Below are positions 8,022 through 17,836 of a stretch of 62,840 bases of DNA, one piece after another. Below the pieces are notes generated by a model. That model saw only the letters and a program-made list of their open reading frames with translations. It had not been told where the DNA came from and searched no databases. Both the position numbers and the translations under genes were made by a program. How positions within the stretch are numbered: the first letter of the stretch is position 1; the number at the start of each line of letters is the position of its first letter. Origin of the DNA: Pseudomonadota bacterium (GTDB taxonomy: Bacteria; Bdellovibrionota; Bdellovibrionia; Bdellovibrionales; SG-bin7); NCBI GenBank assembly GCA_034439715.1, contig JAWXAY010000007.1:1-62840 (forward strand), read 5' to 3'.

Positions 8022-11000
8022 TTTTAGCCCCTGGATTAGGAGCACGCATATTTTTTTCAAACATAATATAAAGAGTCGGGAGCACAATCATAGTTAGCAG
8101 CGTCGAAGAAATAACTCCGCCGATGACTACGGCTGCCAATGGTCTTTGTACTTCGGCTCCAACGCCAGTTGACATTACCATAGGTAAAAAACCAAACACG
8201 TCTACAAGTGCAGTCATTAATACTGGTCGCAGACGAATTAGTGTTCCCTTTGTTACTAAATCATTCCCACTTAAGCCTTCTTTTCGAAGTTGATTGAAAT
8301 AATTAACTAATACGATGCCATTTAGGACCGCGATCCCTGACAACGCAATAAACCCGACTCCAGCTGAAATACTAAATGGCATTCGATAAGCCATTAATCC
8401 AAGGACACCACCAACAAGTGCCAATGGCACGCATGAAAAGATCAAGACGGTTTGCGCGATACTTCCAAAGGCTGCATAAATCATCATTAGCACTAGTATG
8501 AGAGCCGCAGGTGTTAGAACTAAAAGTCTGCTCCGAGCTTCTTGTAAGTTTTTGAAATTTCCACCCCAATGTATATAATAGCCTTCAGGAAGTTTTATCG
8601 CCTTCTCGACGGTAGATTTGGCTTCGTTTACAAAACTCTCGGTATCGCGGCCCCGGAGGTTTATGAGAACGGCAGATCGGCGATTTGAGTCTTCACGGTT
8701 AATTACACTAAAAGTTTCTGCAAAAGTTAATTCTGCTAGCTCGTGGAGCGCAACTGTAGCATTTCCGCCAACGCCTACTGGTAAATTTTTAATCGCATCC
8801 AGATCAGTTCTCTCATCTTCATCAAGTCTAACTAAGATTGGATAGCGTTTGTCACCTTCGTAGAGGTTTCCAACCTCCTCTCCTCCTAAGGCAACTGAGA
8901 TGGTTTCTAAAACTTCGCTTTTTCTTACTCCATATCGATTTAGTACTTCATCCTTTGCTTCAATCTTTAAAACAGGAGAAGTTCCTGCGATATCGACCTC
9001 AACATCCCCAGCTCCCGGAACTTTAGAAATAATTGTCTGTAATTTCTGTCCTAAATCAACGAGCGTTTTTAAATCAGGGCCAAAAATTTTAACGGTCACG
9101 TCAGCGCGGGTACCTTCAAGTAACTCGTTAAAGCGCATTTGAATTGGCTGAGAAGCCAAATAGCGCATGCCTGGCAGTTCTTTCTCTAATTTTTCTATGA
9201 TACTTGAAACCAGTTCCTCGCTGGAGCGTCGATGCCCTTTAATCCTGGGCCATTTCGCGCGGTCTCTAAGCATGATGTAACTATCGGCGACGTTGACGCC
9301 CATTGGGTCGGTCGCAACTTCACTGGTGCCGATTCGCGAAAAAGTATGGCTGACTTCCGGAAAAGAAGTCACAATTTTGTCGGCTTTTTTCTGAAATTCG
9401 ACAGAATTAGTAATACCGACATTCACGGGCCGAATCATGTGAAAGGCGTATGACCCCTCACTAAGCTGCGGTAAAAACTCCCCGCCAAGCATGGCAAATA
9501 ATATTATTCCTAAAACGACTGAACCGGCTGCGATTCCTGCGGTGAGAGATTTTCTTGCTAAGGCGCCACGTAATATAGGTTTGTATAGCTCTCTAATCCA
9601 TTGCATGAGCTTCGGTTCTTTATCCTTAATATTTCCGGAAAGTAATAAGCTCGCTAGAGCTGGTGCTACGGTAAATGAAATTATTAGTGCGCCAAAAACT
9701 GCGATGGCAAAAGTCGCAGCCATGGGCTTAAACATTTTGCCTTCTATGCCAACAAGGCCAAATATTGGAAGGAATACAATAACGATTATAAGCTGACCAA
9801 AGCCAGCCGCTTGCCTAATTTCAACAGTGGCATCTTTGATTAGCTCCTTGGTTTCTGAAGGAGTTAACGACCTTTTTATTTCATGAACCTTCTCTTCAAG
9901 ACGTCTGACACAATTGTCGATGACGATCACCACACCATCTACGATGATTCCGAAGTCAAGGGCGCCGAGGCTCATGAGATTTCCTGAAATACCTAGAGGC
10001 TTCATAATTAAAAAAGTAAATAACAAAGTTAAAGGAATGGTGACAGCGGTGATTAATGCCGCACGCACATTTCCTACCAAAACTAACAGCACAACTAATA
10101 CGAGGATTGCCCCCATCAATAAGTTGTGTTCAACTGTTCCAAGTGTAGCATTGACAAGGTCCGAGCGATTGTAAACGGTTGATAGTTTGACGCCTTCAGG
10201 TAGATTTTTTGAGATCTCTTTAATTTTGTCAGCTACCCTTTGCGCGACCGTCCTACTGTTTTCTCCAAGTAACATCATCACCGTTCCCAACACGGCTTCA
10301 TTTCCATTATAAGTTGCGGCTCCAGTTCGTAGTTCACGACCCAGGCCAACTTGCGCAATATCGCCAATTGTCACGGTTTTAAATGTTTCAAGTGATTTTA
10401 CTGGGACTCTTGCAATATCTTCAGTGTTTTGAAAAATTCCAACACCTTGAACTAAAAATTGTTCGGCTGTTTGTTCAACGTATCCACCACCGACATTCTG
10501 GTTAGCTTTTTCGAGGGCCTCGATGATGTCACCAAAATGTAGGCCAAACTGCGCCATTTTCTCTGGATCTGGTTTAACATGATACTGTTTTTCGAAGCCA
10601 CCCGAAGAATTAATTTCTGCAACGCCTTCGACGGTCAAAAGACGCGGCTTAATGAACCAATCCTGGATAGCTCTTAGTTCCATAAGCTGCTTTAGTCTTT
10701 CGCCATCGTTCTCGGCTATTTTTTTATAATCGATTACGTATTGAAAAATTTCACCAAGACCAGTTGAAATTGGGCCCAGTTCAGGACTGGCTTTCTTGGG
10801 AAGACGTGAGGAAACGCCTTGTAGACGCTCGGCCACCATTTGTCTGGCTCGGTAAATATCAACATCATCTTTAAAGACCACAGTGACCTGAGAAAGGCCA
10901 AAGCGAGTGATCGAACGAACTTGAGTTACTCCCGCCATTCCCCGCATAGAGGCTTCAACCGGAAAGGTAATTGTGCGCTCAATTTCTTCGGGAGCTAGGC

Positions 11001-11163
11001 CTTCGACAGTAGTATTAATCTGAACTTGATTGTTTGTAATGTCAGGCACAGCATCAATTGGCAGGTTTAAAAAAGCATAAAACCCGCAAGCTGCTAAAAA
11101 AAAAGTTACTAAGAGTACCGTTCCGCGATTGTATACCGAAAAGTGAATTATTTGATTGATCAT
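8014..11163 (-). CDS. czcA: CzcA/CusA family heavy-metal RND permease
   Basis: LPIDAVPDITNNQV, GALDFGIIVDG, RLRPVLMTALV, QRPLA; 1049 aa. Confidence 0.92.
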   Translation of the reverse strand: MINQIIHFSVYNRGTVLLVTFFLAACGFYAFLNLPIDAVPDITNNQVQINTTVEGLAPEEIERTITFPVEASMRGMAGVTQVRSITRFGLSQVTVVFKDDVDIYRARQMVAERLQGVSSRLPKKASPELGPISTGLGEIFQYVIDYKKIAENDGERLKQLMELRAIQDWFIKPRLLTVEGVAEINSSGGFEKQYHVKPDPEKMAQFGLHFGDIIEALEKANQNVGGGYVEQTAEQFLVQGVGIFQNTEDIARVPVKSLETFKTVTIGDIAQVGLGRELRTGAATYNGNEAVLGTVMMLLGENSRTVAQRVADKIKEISKNLPEGVKLSTVYNRSDLVNATLGTVEHNLLMGAILVLVVLLVLVGNVRAALITAVTIPLTLLFTFLIMKPLGISGNLMSLGALDFGIIVDGVVIVIDNCVRRLEEKVHEIKRSLTPSETKELIKDATVEIRQAAGFGQLIIVIVFLPIFGLVGIEGKMFKPMAATFAIAVFGALIISFTVAPALASLLLSGNIKDKEPKLMQWIRELYKPILRGALARKSLTAGIAAGSVVLGIILFAMLGGEFLPQLSEGSYAFHMIRPVNVGITNSVEFQKKADKIVTSFPEVSHTFSRIGTSEVATDPMGVNVADSYIMLRDRAKWPRIKGHRRSSEELVSSIIEKLEKELPGMRYLASQPIQMRFNELLEGTRADVTVKIFGPDLKTLVDLGQKLQTIISKVPGAGDVEVDIAGTSPVLKIEAKDEVLNRYGVRKSEVLETISVALGGEEVGNLYEGDKRYPILVRLDEDERTDLDAIKNLPVGVGGNATVALHELAELTFAETFSVINREDSNRRSAVLINLRGRDTESFVNEAKSTVEKAIKLPEGYYIHWGGNFKNLQEARSRLLVLTPAALILVLMMIYAAFGSIAQTVLIFSCVPLALVGGVLGLMAYRMPFSISAGVGFIALSGIAVLNGIVLVNYFNQLRKEGLSGNDLVTKGTLIRLRPVLMTALVDVFGFLPMVMSTGVGAEVQRPLAAVVIGGVISSTLLTMIVLPTLYIMFEKNMRAPNPGAKIV

Positions 11164-11172
11164 TTGCTGCCT

Positions 11173-11703
11173 CTAATGATGATGACCGGAGTCGCCGCTG
11201 GTTAAATCTATTTCTGCAGTTCTAATATAACTTATGCCTGTAACGACAATCTGATCCCCACTTGCGAGTTTATTAGAATTAATCGTAGCTTGAGTTTTAC
11301 TTTTTTTACTTATTGAAATATCAATTCGTTTCAATGCCCCTTTGTTCAAGCGATAAACACTTTTCTCACTACCAGTTTGTAGTATTGCGCTAATAGGCAA
11401 GTCCCATGGCGCTGAGCCAGAAAGTTCAACCGTGGTAATTCCAAATGTTTTTGTGGCTTCAGCTGAGAGCGTAAATCCTTCTTTCTCACTGTAAGACGTA
11501 ACCCCCTTATTGGGGCCCACACTTTCAGGAGTTTCTTCCTCGCCATGCTCATCACCGGCACTAGCATCGTCTTCACCTTCATGGTGGTCTTGCTCAGCCT
11601 CCTCGTGATCATGAGCAGAGGATTTTTTTTCTTCAGCAAAACCATAAATCGAAAAGATTGAGCACGAAATTAACAATAAAAGTCTTATGCCAATAGTGAT
11701 CAT
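11173..11703 (-). CDS. Very short CzcB-like adaptor with His/acidic tract
   Basis: HDHEEAEQDHHE tract; LPISAI...GDQIVVTG resembles the MFP membrane-proximal domain; lies between tolC and czcA. Confidence 0.6.
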   Translation of the reverse strand: MITIGIRLLLLISCSIFSIYGFAEEKKSSAHDHEEAEQDHHEGEDDASAGDEHGEEETPESVGPNKGVTSYSEKEGFTLSAEATKTFGITTVELSGSAPWDLPISAILQTGSEKSVYRLNKGALKRIDISISKKSKTQATINSNKLASGDQIVVTGISYIRTAEIDLTSGDSGHHH

Positions 11704-12941
11704 AATGGTGTCTCCAAAAGTCTTCCTTCGAGTGCTTTGACTTTCCAAAAAGTTTCTAAAGCGTCTAGTTCTTGCTCGTTTTGGCTTCGCGTGAAATCCA
11801 CTAACTGACGGTGAGCTTCGATAACTAAAGAACTCGCGATAATTCCTCGCTGAAATAACGATTCAATATTTTTGTGCTTCTTTTCTAACTCTGAATGCGA
11901 AACGGATTCGTTTAACGCTTTGAGAGACCTTTTGTAGCGATCAAATAAGACTTGTTTTTCTTTTTTCAGTTCAATTTTTTTTGCCTCGTGGCTCTTTTCG
12001 GCGATACTGATAGATTGGGATGCAAATGTCCTGCCCGCTCCATTCAGATGAAATAGGGGCAGAGTCATCGTTAGACTTAACCCATAAGTTTGAAAGGAAG
12101 TAGTTCCCTCGGTTTCAATTTGTACGGTAGGTCCGATTTTTAGGTCGGGCCACGACGTTCCCTTTGCGGCTAACGCTTCAGCCTGCGCAAGTTTCAAGCT
12201 AGTTTCGCTTAATTTCCAATCCGACGAAAAAGAAAGATCAGAACTTTCGTCTGAAAGTTTTGGCCAGGTCTGTTTTTTTGGTGGCAGAATTTTTTCTGTA
12301 ATCTTTAAGGTTTCTCCTATAGCCATCTCCAAATGTCTTTCAAGATCGTTTACTTCTGACTCAATTAAAGCCTTTCGCAATCTATAGTCTCCTTCGGCAA
12401 GTTGAAAAATACTGGTTGTGACTTGTTGCTCAGGATTTAACCTAGGTCTTGATTGATACTGCCTGTGAATTTTTGAAAAGGTATACAGAGCTTCATCAAG
12501 AATTTTAATTTCAGAATAGAGCTGCCTAACTCGGTATAGAGTGCGCGCCGTAGAAACGTAAACCTCCTCTTTGGATTTCTGAAATTGTGAAGAAATTTGA
12601 GTTTTCTCGGCGATGGCACGCTCAATTCGAGCACTTCTTTTTCCTCCAAGTTCAAAATTTTGCATTAAACTAATCTCGGTGCTACCAACTCTGGTGCCAA
12701 AGTTATCGCCATAAACGGCCTTTGAATTTAGCTCTGGATTTGGTAATTGTCGAGCAACCGATTCAATAGTATCACCTTGATCATTGAGGCCTTTTCCCCG
12801 AACGGCGTCGGGATGCTTTTCTAGCGCACAGTCTAATACAGCTTGGGGACTGTTCAACTCCGCACAGCTATTAGCTTTCGCGTAATTAAATGAATATAAA
12901 ACCAAGGTAGTCGATATTCCTAAAAAGATGATTTTCAACAT
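11700..12941 (-). CDS. TolC/CzcC family outer membrane factor
   Basis: LPNPEL, FELGGKRSARI, WPDLKIG, LPLF motifs. Confidence 0.85.
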   Translation of the reverse strand: MLKIIFLGISTTLVLYSFNYAKANSCAELNSPQAVLDCALEKHPDAVRGKGLNDQGDTIESVARQLPNPELNSKAVYGDNFGTRVGSTEISLMQNFELGGKRSARIERAIAEKTQISSQFQKSKEEVYVSTARTLYRVRQLYSEIKILDEALYTFSKIHRQYQSRPRLNPEQQVTTSIFQLAEGDYRLRKALIESEVNDLERHLEMAIGETLKITEKILPPKKQTWPKLSDESSDLSFSSDWKLSETSLKLAQAEALAAKGTSWPDLKIGPTVQIETEGTTSFQTYGLSLTMTLPLFHLNGAGRTFASQSISIAEKSHEAKKIELKKEKQVLFDRYKRSLKALNESVSHSELEKKHKNIESLFQRGIIASSLVIEAHRQLVDFTRSQNEQELDALETFWKVKALEGRLLETPL

Positions 12942-12953
12942 ATCGCCTTTTCC

Positions 12954-14576
12954 TTACTTTCCTTCTTCGTTAAAAAGTTCCAAGTCATTATAGTAACCCT
13001 CTTGAATGAGTCTATTAATTTTCGAAAGTGAAATTAAATAAGTATGAATTGCAGTTACTCTATTAGCTGAAAATTTTAATAATGACTGAGATGCCTCTAC
13101 CATTTCTTGTACAAAGTAGTCATCGTCGACTTTTTCATCGCCTGAGTGGAGACGTCTCGCTAATCTTTCCAGTCGTGCCTGCGCGGTTTTAATGCCAGAT
13201 TCTGAGAGTCCAAAAGAAGCAAGACTAGCATTATACTCCGAGGCGCTAACAAAGACCCTTTGCTCGATCATAGAAAGTGTTTCATCACGTTTTGATGACA
13301 GCTCTCTTGTATTTGAATCACCAATTCGCAGGGTGCTTGCGTATCCGAAGCCGATGGAGTCATCTGAGTTCGGATCTAGAAATCCCCATGCGTGGGTCTT
13401 TTTATTAAGACGGCTAGCCTCAATTAAGTAGTTGAGGGTTGCAACCTCATAAGATTTCTTCTGCGCGGTCTCAATTAACTTTTTATGGTCAATCGGTGAA
13501 ATTTTTGAAAGATCAGGATAGACAACCGTCTCTAGTTTCGAGATTCCGCTTGCTGGGGGAACAGCCACGGCGTGTGCAAGAGAGCCTAATTCAAAATTAA
13601 TTAGAGAGCGTAACTGGGTAAGGTCTTGCTCTACTAGCAGAATATTTGTGTAGTACTTATCGGCACTCTTGGGAGGAAGCAATCCGTGACGTTCTTTTTG
13701 CACGATGATTCGGTGTATTTCTCTCTGTTTTGTAAGTTCCTTTTCCATGAGATCAAATATTCCGATATCCCGCCCTACTAAGTAAAAGAAGTTTTCCACA
13801 AACTGCATTTCGTTTCCACGTAAAGAGGCGAAAGATTTTCTTTGAGCCTGCTCCAACTCCTCAGCCTCATCCCATTTGTACCAGTTACTCGGAAAAATAA
13901 ATGGAATAAGATTCCCGATAGCCTCGATGCCTCCCAATGGTCCGCCAGCAAAAGAAAGTAAATCGCGCATGTTAAAATGAGGTAAGAGATTTCCGAGAGC
14001 AACTTTAACTCTCTGTCTCGACTGAAATACTTTCTCGGCTTCTTGGGCAACAGGGTAACTGCTAAACTTTGCTCGTCCCACCAATTCGTCAAGGGTGTAT
14101 AAACCACTACTAGCGTTGGCAGTAGGTGGAATCGGTAAGTCATTATTTCTGACAAGGTTTAAATTAATTAGTAGCGCCCCAGAGGATTTATCTTTTAGAC
14201 GAAAGTCAATTAGTCCGGGCTCTATACATAGTGTGGCTGTCGTTTGACTATTCTCACCCGTACCACATCTACCACTTTCGACTTTTAGTCGATAGTCCTC
14301 GCTCCCCAAAAAAGTGCTTTTTAGAACTAAAATATCATCGTTTAATTGCACGATTATTCTTTGTGGTTTAGCCGATGCGATAGTTTCGTAAAGAGTGAAT
14401 TCCAAAGTCTCGTATTCGCCGCTGTCTTTTAAATCTGGGATCTCAGTCACAACCTGTTGAACTTTAGAATCTATTTTTAGTATTCCGTGATATCTGCCTT
14501 TTATGTCTTCGATACTTTTGCAAGAAACAATGTTTAAGAAAAGTAAGCCTGTGACTAATAGTTTAAGATTAGACAT
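12954..14576 (-). CDS. TolC-like lipoprotein with extra N-terminal beta domain
   Basis: Lipobox IVSC; ~150-aa beta-rich region then OEP-like helices (TLDELV..A, GNLLP); paralog at 1-1082. Confidence 0.65.
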   Translation of the reverse strand: MSNLKLLVTGLLFLNIVSCKSIEDIKGRYHGILKIDSKVQQVVTEIPDLKDSGEYETLEFTLYETIASAKPQRIIVQLNDDILVLKSTFLGSEDYRLKVESGRCGTGENSQTTATLCIEPGLIDFRLKDKSSGALLINLNLVRNNDLPIPPTANASSGLYTLDELVGRAKFSSYPVAQEAEKVFQSRQRVKVALGNLLPHFNMRDLLSFAGGPLGGIEAIGNLIPFIFPSNWYKWDEAEELEQAQRKSFASLRGNEMQFVENFFYLVGRDIGIFDLMEKELTKQREIHRIIVQKERHGLLPPKSADKYYTNILLVEQDLTQLRSLINFELGSLAHAVAVPPASGISKLETVVYPDLSKISPIDHKKLIETAQKKSYEVATLNYLIEASRLNKKTHAWGFLDPNSDDSIGFGYASTLRIGDSNTRELSSKRDETLSMIEQRVFVSASEYNASLASFGLSESGIKTAQARLERLARRLHSGDEKVDDDYFVQEMVEASQSLLKFSANRVTAIHTYLISLSKINRLIQEGYYNDLELFNEEGK

Positions 14577-14589
14577 TTTATCTCCTATT

Positions 14590-15258
14590 TTATTTTTTCT
14601 TTACTTTAAGATTTAAAGTAGAAACTGTTTTGACCGACTGCCTTACACCTATGAGCTCAGGAATACTGCCTCGTTGTGCCGTCAAAACTTCTTGCGAAAT
14701 CTTGCCACTGATGGCATCTATTTCTAGCTCACTAGGCGCCGGCTTAGCAGGATCAGTCTCAAAAACCCGCAAATTAAATAAACTCTGGCAATCAGCTTGG
14801 GCAAGGTTGATGACACCTTTAGTAAGGTCGGGCCGAACCTTCTCATACGTGCATCCAAAGACAATTGATTCTGTGTCAACTGGGTCCCACTGAAGAACCT
14901 GAACGGTTAAGAATAGGTTATTTATGTCAGCGATGACTTCATCCATCGCACGAACTCTATCGGACTTGTAAGGGGGAAGACTCGGTACAAAGGTTAAACG
15001 AACATTAAGTTTAATTGGCCGACCAGATGAATCGACGCCACTTAAATCGCCTTCATAAATACCTGACAACGCCTGATAAAAACTTTGCCTAATAGCTAAA
15101 TCTTTTTCCATTGCTGCCGCACGCTCGCCTTCGGCGCGCTGCTGCCCTTTGGTTTGGCCTTCGCCCTCGAGATCAGCTTTTTCTTTCAGTTTGTCTGGAT
15201 TTTGACTACAGCCAACAATAACGGCTGACACTATCAACAAATAAAATAACGATTTCAT
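14590..15258 (-). CDS. Hypothetical lipoprotein
   Basis: Lipobox IVGC; RBS AAGGAG. Confidence 0.75.
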   Translation of the reverse strand: MKSLFYLLIVSAVIVGCSQNPDKLKEKADLEGEGQTKGQQRAEGERAAAMEKDLAIRQSFYQALSGIYEGDLSGVDSSGRPIKLNVRLTFVPSLPPYKSDRVRAMDEVIADINNLFLTVQVLQWDPVDTESIVFGCTYEKVRPDLTKGVINLAQADCQSLFNLRVFETDPAKPAPSELEIDAISGKISQEVLTAQRGSIPELIGVRQSVKTVSTLNLKVKKK

Positions 15259-15341
15259 ACACTCTCCTTAAAATTAAACCTTAATTCTTGTGAACGCAGG
15301 TTTGACCTGTAAGTTCAAAAAATGATACAGAAATATAGTTT

Positions 15342-15719
15342 TTAGGAAAAGCGAGGCGGGCGTTTGAGTCCTGAAATCACGGGCGTCGGGGGAATCGACA
15401 AGCTACCCATGTCATACTCTAGAAAAAAAGCATTGAAATTTAAGGAAAAAACTGGGGCGGGAGGATAAGCACAATGGCCAAAGTGGCAGTTTCCGACATG
15501 GCAAGGGTCACTACAATGTTGTTGTGTTTCATTTTCTTGAGACGATTTTGTTAGAGCGTCTGAAACTGTGTTGCTTTCATGATCTTCTACAAACGTAGTT
15601 GTGTGGGAATCCTTAAAAGCGGGTTTTACTATTCCCATGTCGAAAGCAAGATTTAACCCAAACAAAAGCAACAGGAATGTTGTTACTATTTTTGTTAATT
15701 TGATTTCTAATACGATCAT
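15342..15719 (-). CDS. CzcI/DUF2946-like His/Cys-rich leader protein
   Basis: Signal-like N-terminus, HCSDPCHVGNCHFGHC, C-terminal KRPPRFS. Confidence 0.6.
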   Translation of the reverse strand: MIVLEIKLTKIVTTFLLLLFGLNLAFDMGIVKPAFKDSHTTTFVEDHESNTVSDALTKSSQENETQQHCSDPCHVGNCHFGHCAYPPAPVFSLNFNAFFLEYDMGSLSIPPTPVISGLKRPPRFS

Positions 15720-15830
15720 AAAACAATATCCTTATTTGCTTAAGCCTAACCTAAATCTGTAACCCTTCTTTGGACAACTTTCAATCCCTCAAAATCAACC
15801 GGGGAGTTTTTTCAACAAATATCATGTAAG

Positions 15831-15868
15831 CAAACCAGGCAAAGCTCGCTAAAGCTATGCCTGGTTTG
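15831..15868 (-). terminator. Hairpin downstream of 15878-16330
   Basis: CAAACCAGGCA ... TGCCTGGTTTG, 11-bp arms. Confidence 0.55.
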
Positions 15869-15877
15869 AAAAAGGAC

Positions 15878-16330
15878 CTAAATTCTATCCATCAATCGAA
15901 TTCCCTCACGTAGCGGAGATTCGTTCGAATTTACATGAGGAACTGCCTCTAACTCCTCCAATACCCTAAAGCTCCTTACCTTAAGATCATTTCCCCAAAA
16001 TAGAAATCTTGGGGTTTTAACAGCTACAATTTCCACAAGGTAATTTTTTTCAGTATCATGATGTAAGTTAGTAAGACCTTCACTATCTAGATCAAAAGAC
16101 CTTCCATCATCTTTCTTTGAGAACTTCAGATCATGCTGATGTTGGTTATGCCTTGCGTTTTTGTCATCGATTCTGCCAACCCAGACAACCATTTCATTGT
16201 CTTCGGTGGGGCTTTCGGTCACTGCTTTACCTCTAAAGAGTAAAGACTCACGATCAAAATCAATTCTGGCCGCCGCCAAGAGGGGGCTACAAAGTGCAAC
16301 ACTTAAAAATATTAAGCTAAAGTGTTTCAT
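15878..16330 (-). CDS. Secreted hypothetical protein with His cluster
   Basis: Signal peptide; HNQHQHD; RBS AAGGAG. Confidence 0.7.
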   Translation of the reverse strand: MKHFSLIFLSVALCSPLLAAARIDFDRESLLFRGKAVTESPTEDNEMVVWVGRIDDKNARHNQHQHDLKFSKKDDGRSFDLDSEGLTNLHHDTEKNYLVEIVAVKTPRFLFWGNDLKVRSFRVLEELEAVPHVNSNESPLREGIRLMDRI

Positions 16331-16425
16331 TTAATTCTCCTTCTTAAAGTGTTCCGACTCAAACTTATAGAGATTGAGTCAAAACGTGAATACGTTTCTT
16401 GCAAAAATGTATATAGGTATAAGAA

Positions 16426-16761
16426 CTAAATGATTGGTGGCCGAAACAAATCGGCAGAGAATGCAGTCAAGATAAATGTGCATTCAGCGAGGTTGTGTTT
16501 TGTAGGAGCAAAAACATTCACCATATCTGATTCTACCGCTAACAGAAAAGCACAATGACCAAAATGGCATTGGTGGGTATGGGATGTGCTGTTTTCAGCC
16601 GGCACTTGATGAGATGAGCGCGAATTACAATCAGTATCAATTTGCAACAAAACTTGTTCATGTAAAGTAGTTAAAGGCTCGGTACCATGACTAACAGTAC
16701 TGACGTTTAGAAACCCTATAAGTACTAACGAAAATAAAACTAAGTTACGCATATATTTCAC
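16426..16761 (-). CDS. CzcI/DUF2946-like His/Cys-rich leader protein
   Basis: Signal-like N-terminus, HTHQCHFGHC, C-terminal FRPPII. Confidence 0.6.
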   Translation of the reverse strand: MKYMRNLVLFSLVLIGFLNVSTVSHGTEPLTTLHEQVLLQIDTDCNSRSSHQVPAENSTSHTHQCHFGHCAFLLAVESDMVNVFAPTKHNLAECTFILTAFSADLFRPPII

Positions 16762-16947
16762 TTCTCGGAATTAAGCCCCAAATTCTTGAGTTACTGCGCT
16801 AACAACCTAAACCAATCCTACCTCAAAGGTGCGATATTAGCAAGTTTAAGACATATTTTTGACGGCAGCCGAGTTTTTCGTCTACGCACAACTTCCGGAT
16901 ATCGCTTAATAATAATGTGAAAAATCCAATGGTTGATGCTAGCGGGT

Positions 16948-17493
16948 CTAATGTAACGTTCGTTCGGATAAGAACCTGTTTTCCCATCGCATGCGCATCA
17001 TGTATAGACATGCAGAAAGTGCAAATAAGAGAAAATTCCAGGGATTCAACAACACCATCCCAATTTCGGCAACCATGTACCCTGTATACATTGGGTGTTT
17101 CAGATATTTGTAAATTCCTGTTTTACAAACACCCCCACGAACTGCGGGCGCGATGCCAAGACTATTGCCTAAATCGATTGTCGCAATGGTAGAAATTAAA
17201 AATCCAAGAATAGCTAAACCACGAGTAATTAGCATTAGCTCTATGCTTGAGTCAGAGCCACCCAAGTAACACAACGGAAGCATAGCCGAACCGTAGGCGA
17301 CCACTTTGAGCGTTAAGTGTGATACCTCACGAGCTGGCAAACGAACCCAAAAATAAACGGCCGCAAGAACATCTCTGAATACCAATAAGATAAAAAACAT
17401 TTCTTTGCTTTCTAGCCAGCGCTGGAAAGCAATGGCAGCAAACAACAGCATCATCAGCGATGCTATTCTTCCGCTCCAGTCCTTTGGTACCAT
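16948..17493 (-). CDS. ICMT/Ste14/PEMT family membrane methyltransferase
   Basis: LGNSLGIAPAVR, TGIYKYLKHPMYTGY, R..WE.RFL; several TM helices. Confidence 0.75.
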   Translation of the reverse strand: MVPKDWSGRIASLMMLLFAAIAFQRWLESKEMFFILLVFRDVLAAVYFWVRLPAREVSHLTLKVVAYGSAMLPLCYLGGSDSSIELMLITRGLAILGFLISTIATIDLGNSLGIAPAVRGGVCKTGIYKYLKHPMYTGYMVAEIGMVLLNPWNFLLFALSACLYMMRMRWENRFLSERTLH

Positions 17494-17509
17494 TGGCGAA
17501 GGCGTGTTA

Positions 17510-17836
17510 TTAAATTCCTGGTTCCGCAGATTCCTTAACACCCATTACTTCCTTTCCTCTCAATAGCTCATTTGAAAACCGCATTTGCTCCCTAGTTTGA
17601 CGAATGTATTTTGTAAGTGTTTGTGCCAACTGACTTTCATCTTCATCGGTAAAAAGAATCGCCCCGTTTGACTGTCTTGACTGGAGCCTTTGACTTAGAA
17701 GGTCAATCAAAATAACTTCGTCCTCCGTCATTGAAGCCTCTAAATATTGACCCCCGCTATCAGTAGCTCTGACAACAGTTTGAAAACTTGCCCCGAGTGC
17801 AATTGAAATTGCTATCACCTTTAGTATTGATTTCAT
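17510..17836 (-). CDS. 108-aa secreted protein (candidate signal precursor)
   Basis: Sec signal peptide ending VRA; ATGA-coupled to the upstream hydrolase. Confidence 0.7.
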   Translation of the reverse strand: MKSILKVIAISIALGASFQTVVRATDSGGQYLEASMTEDEVILIDLLSQRLQSRQSNGAILFTDEDESQLAQTLTKYIRQTREQMRFSNELLRGKEVMGVKESAEPGI

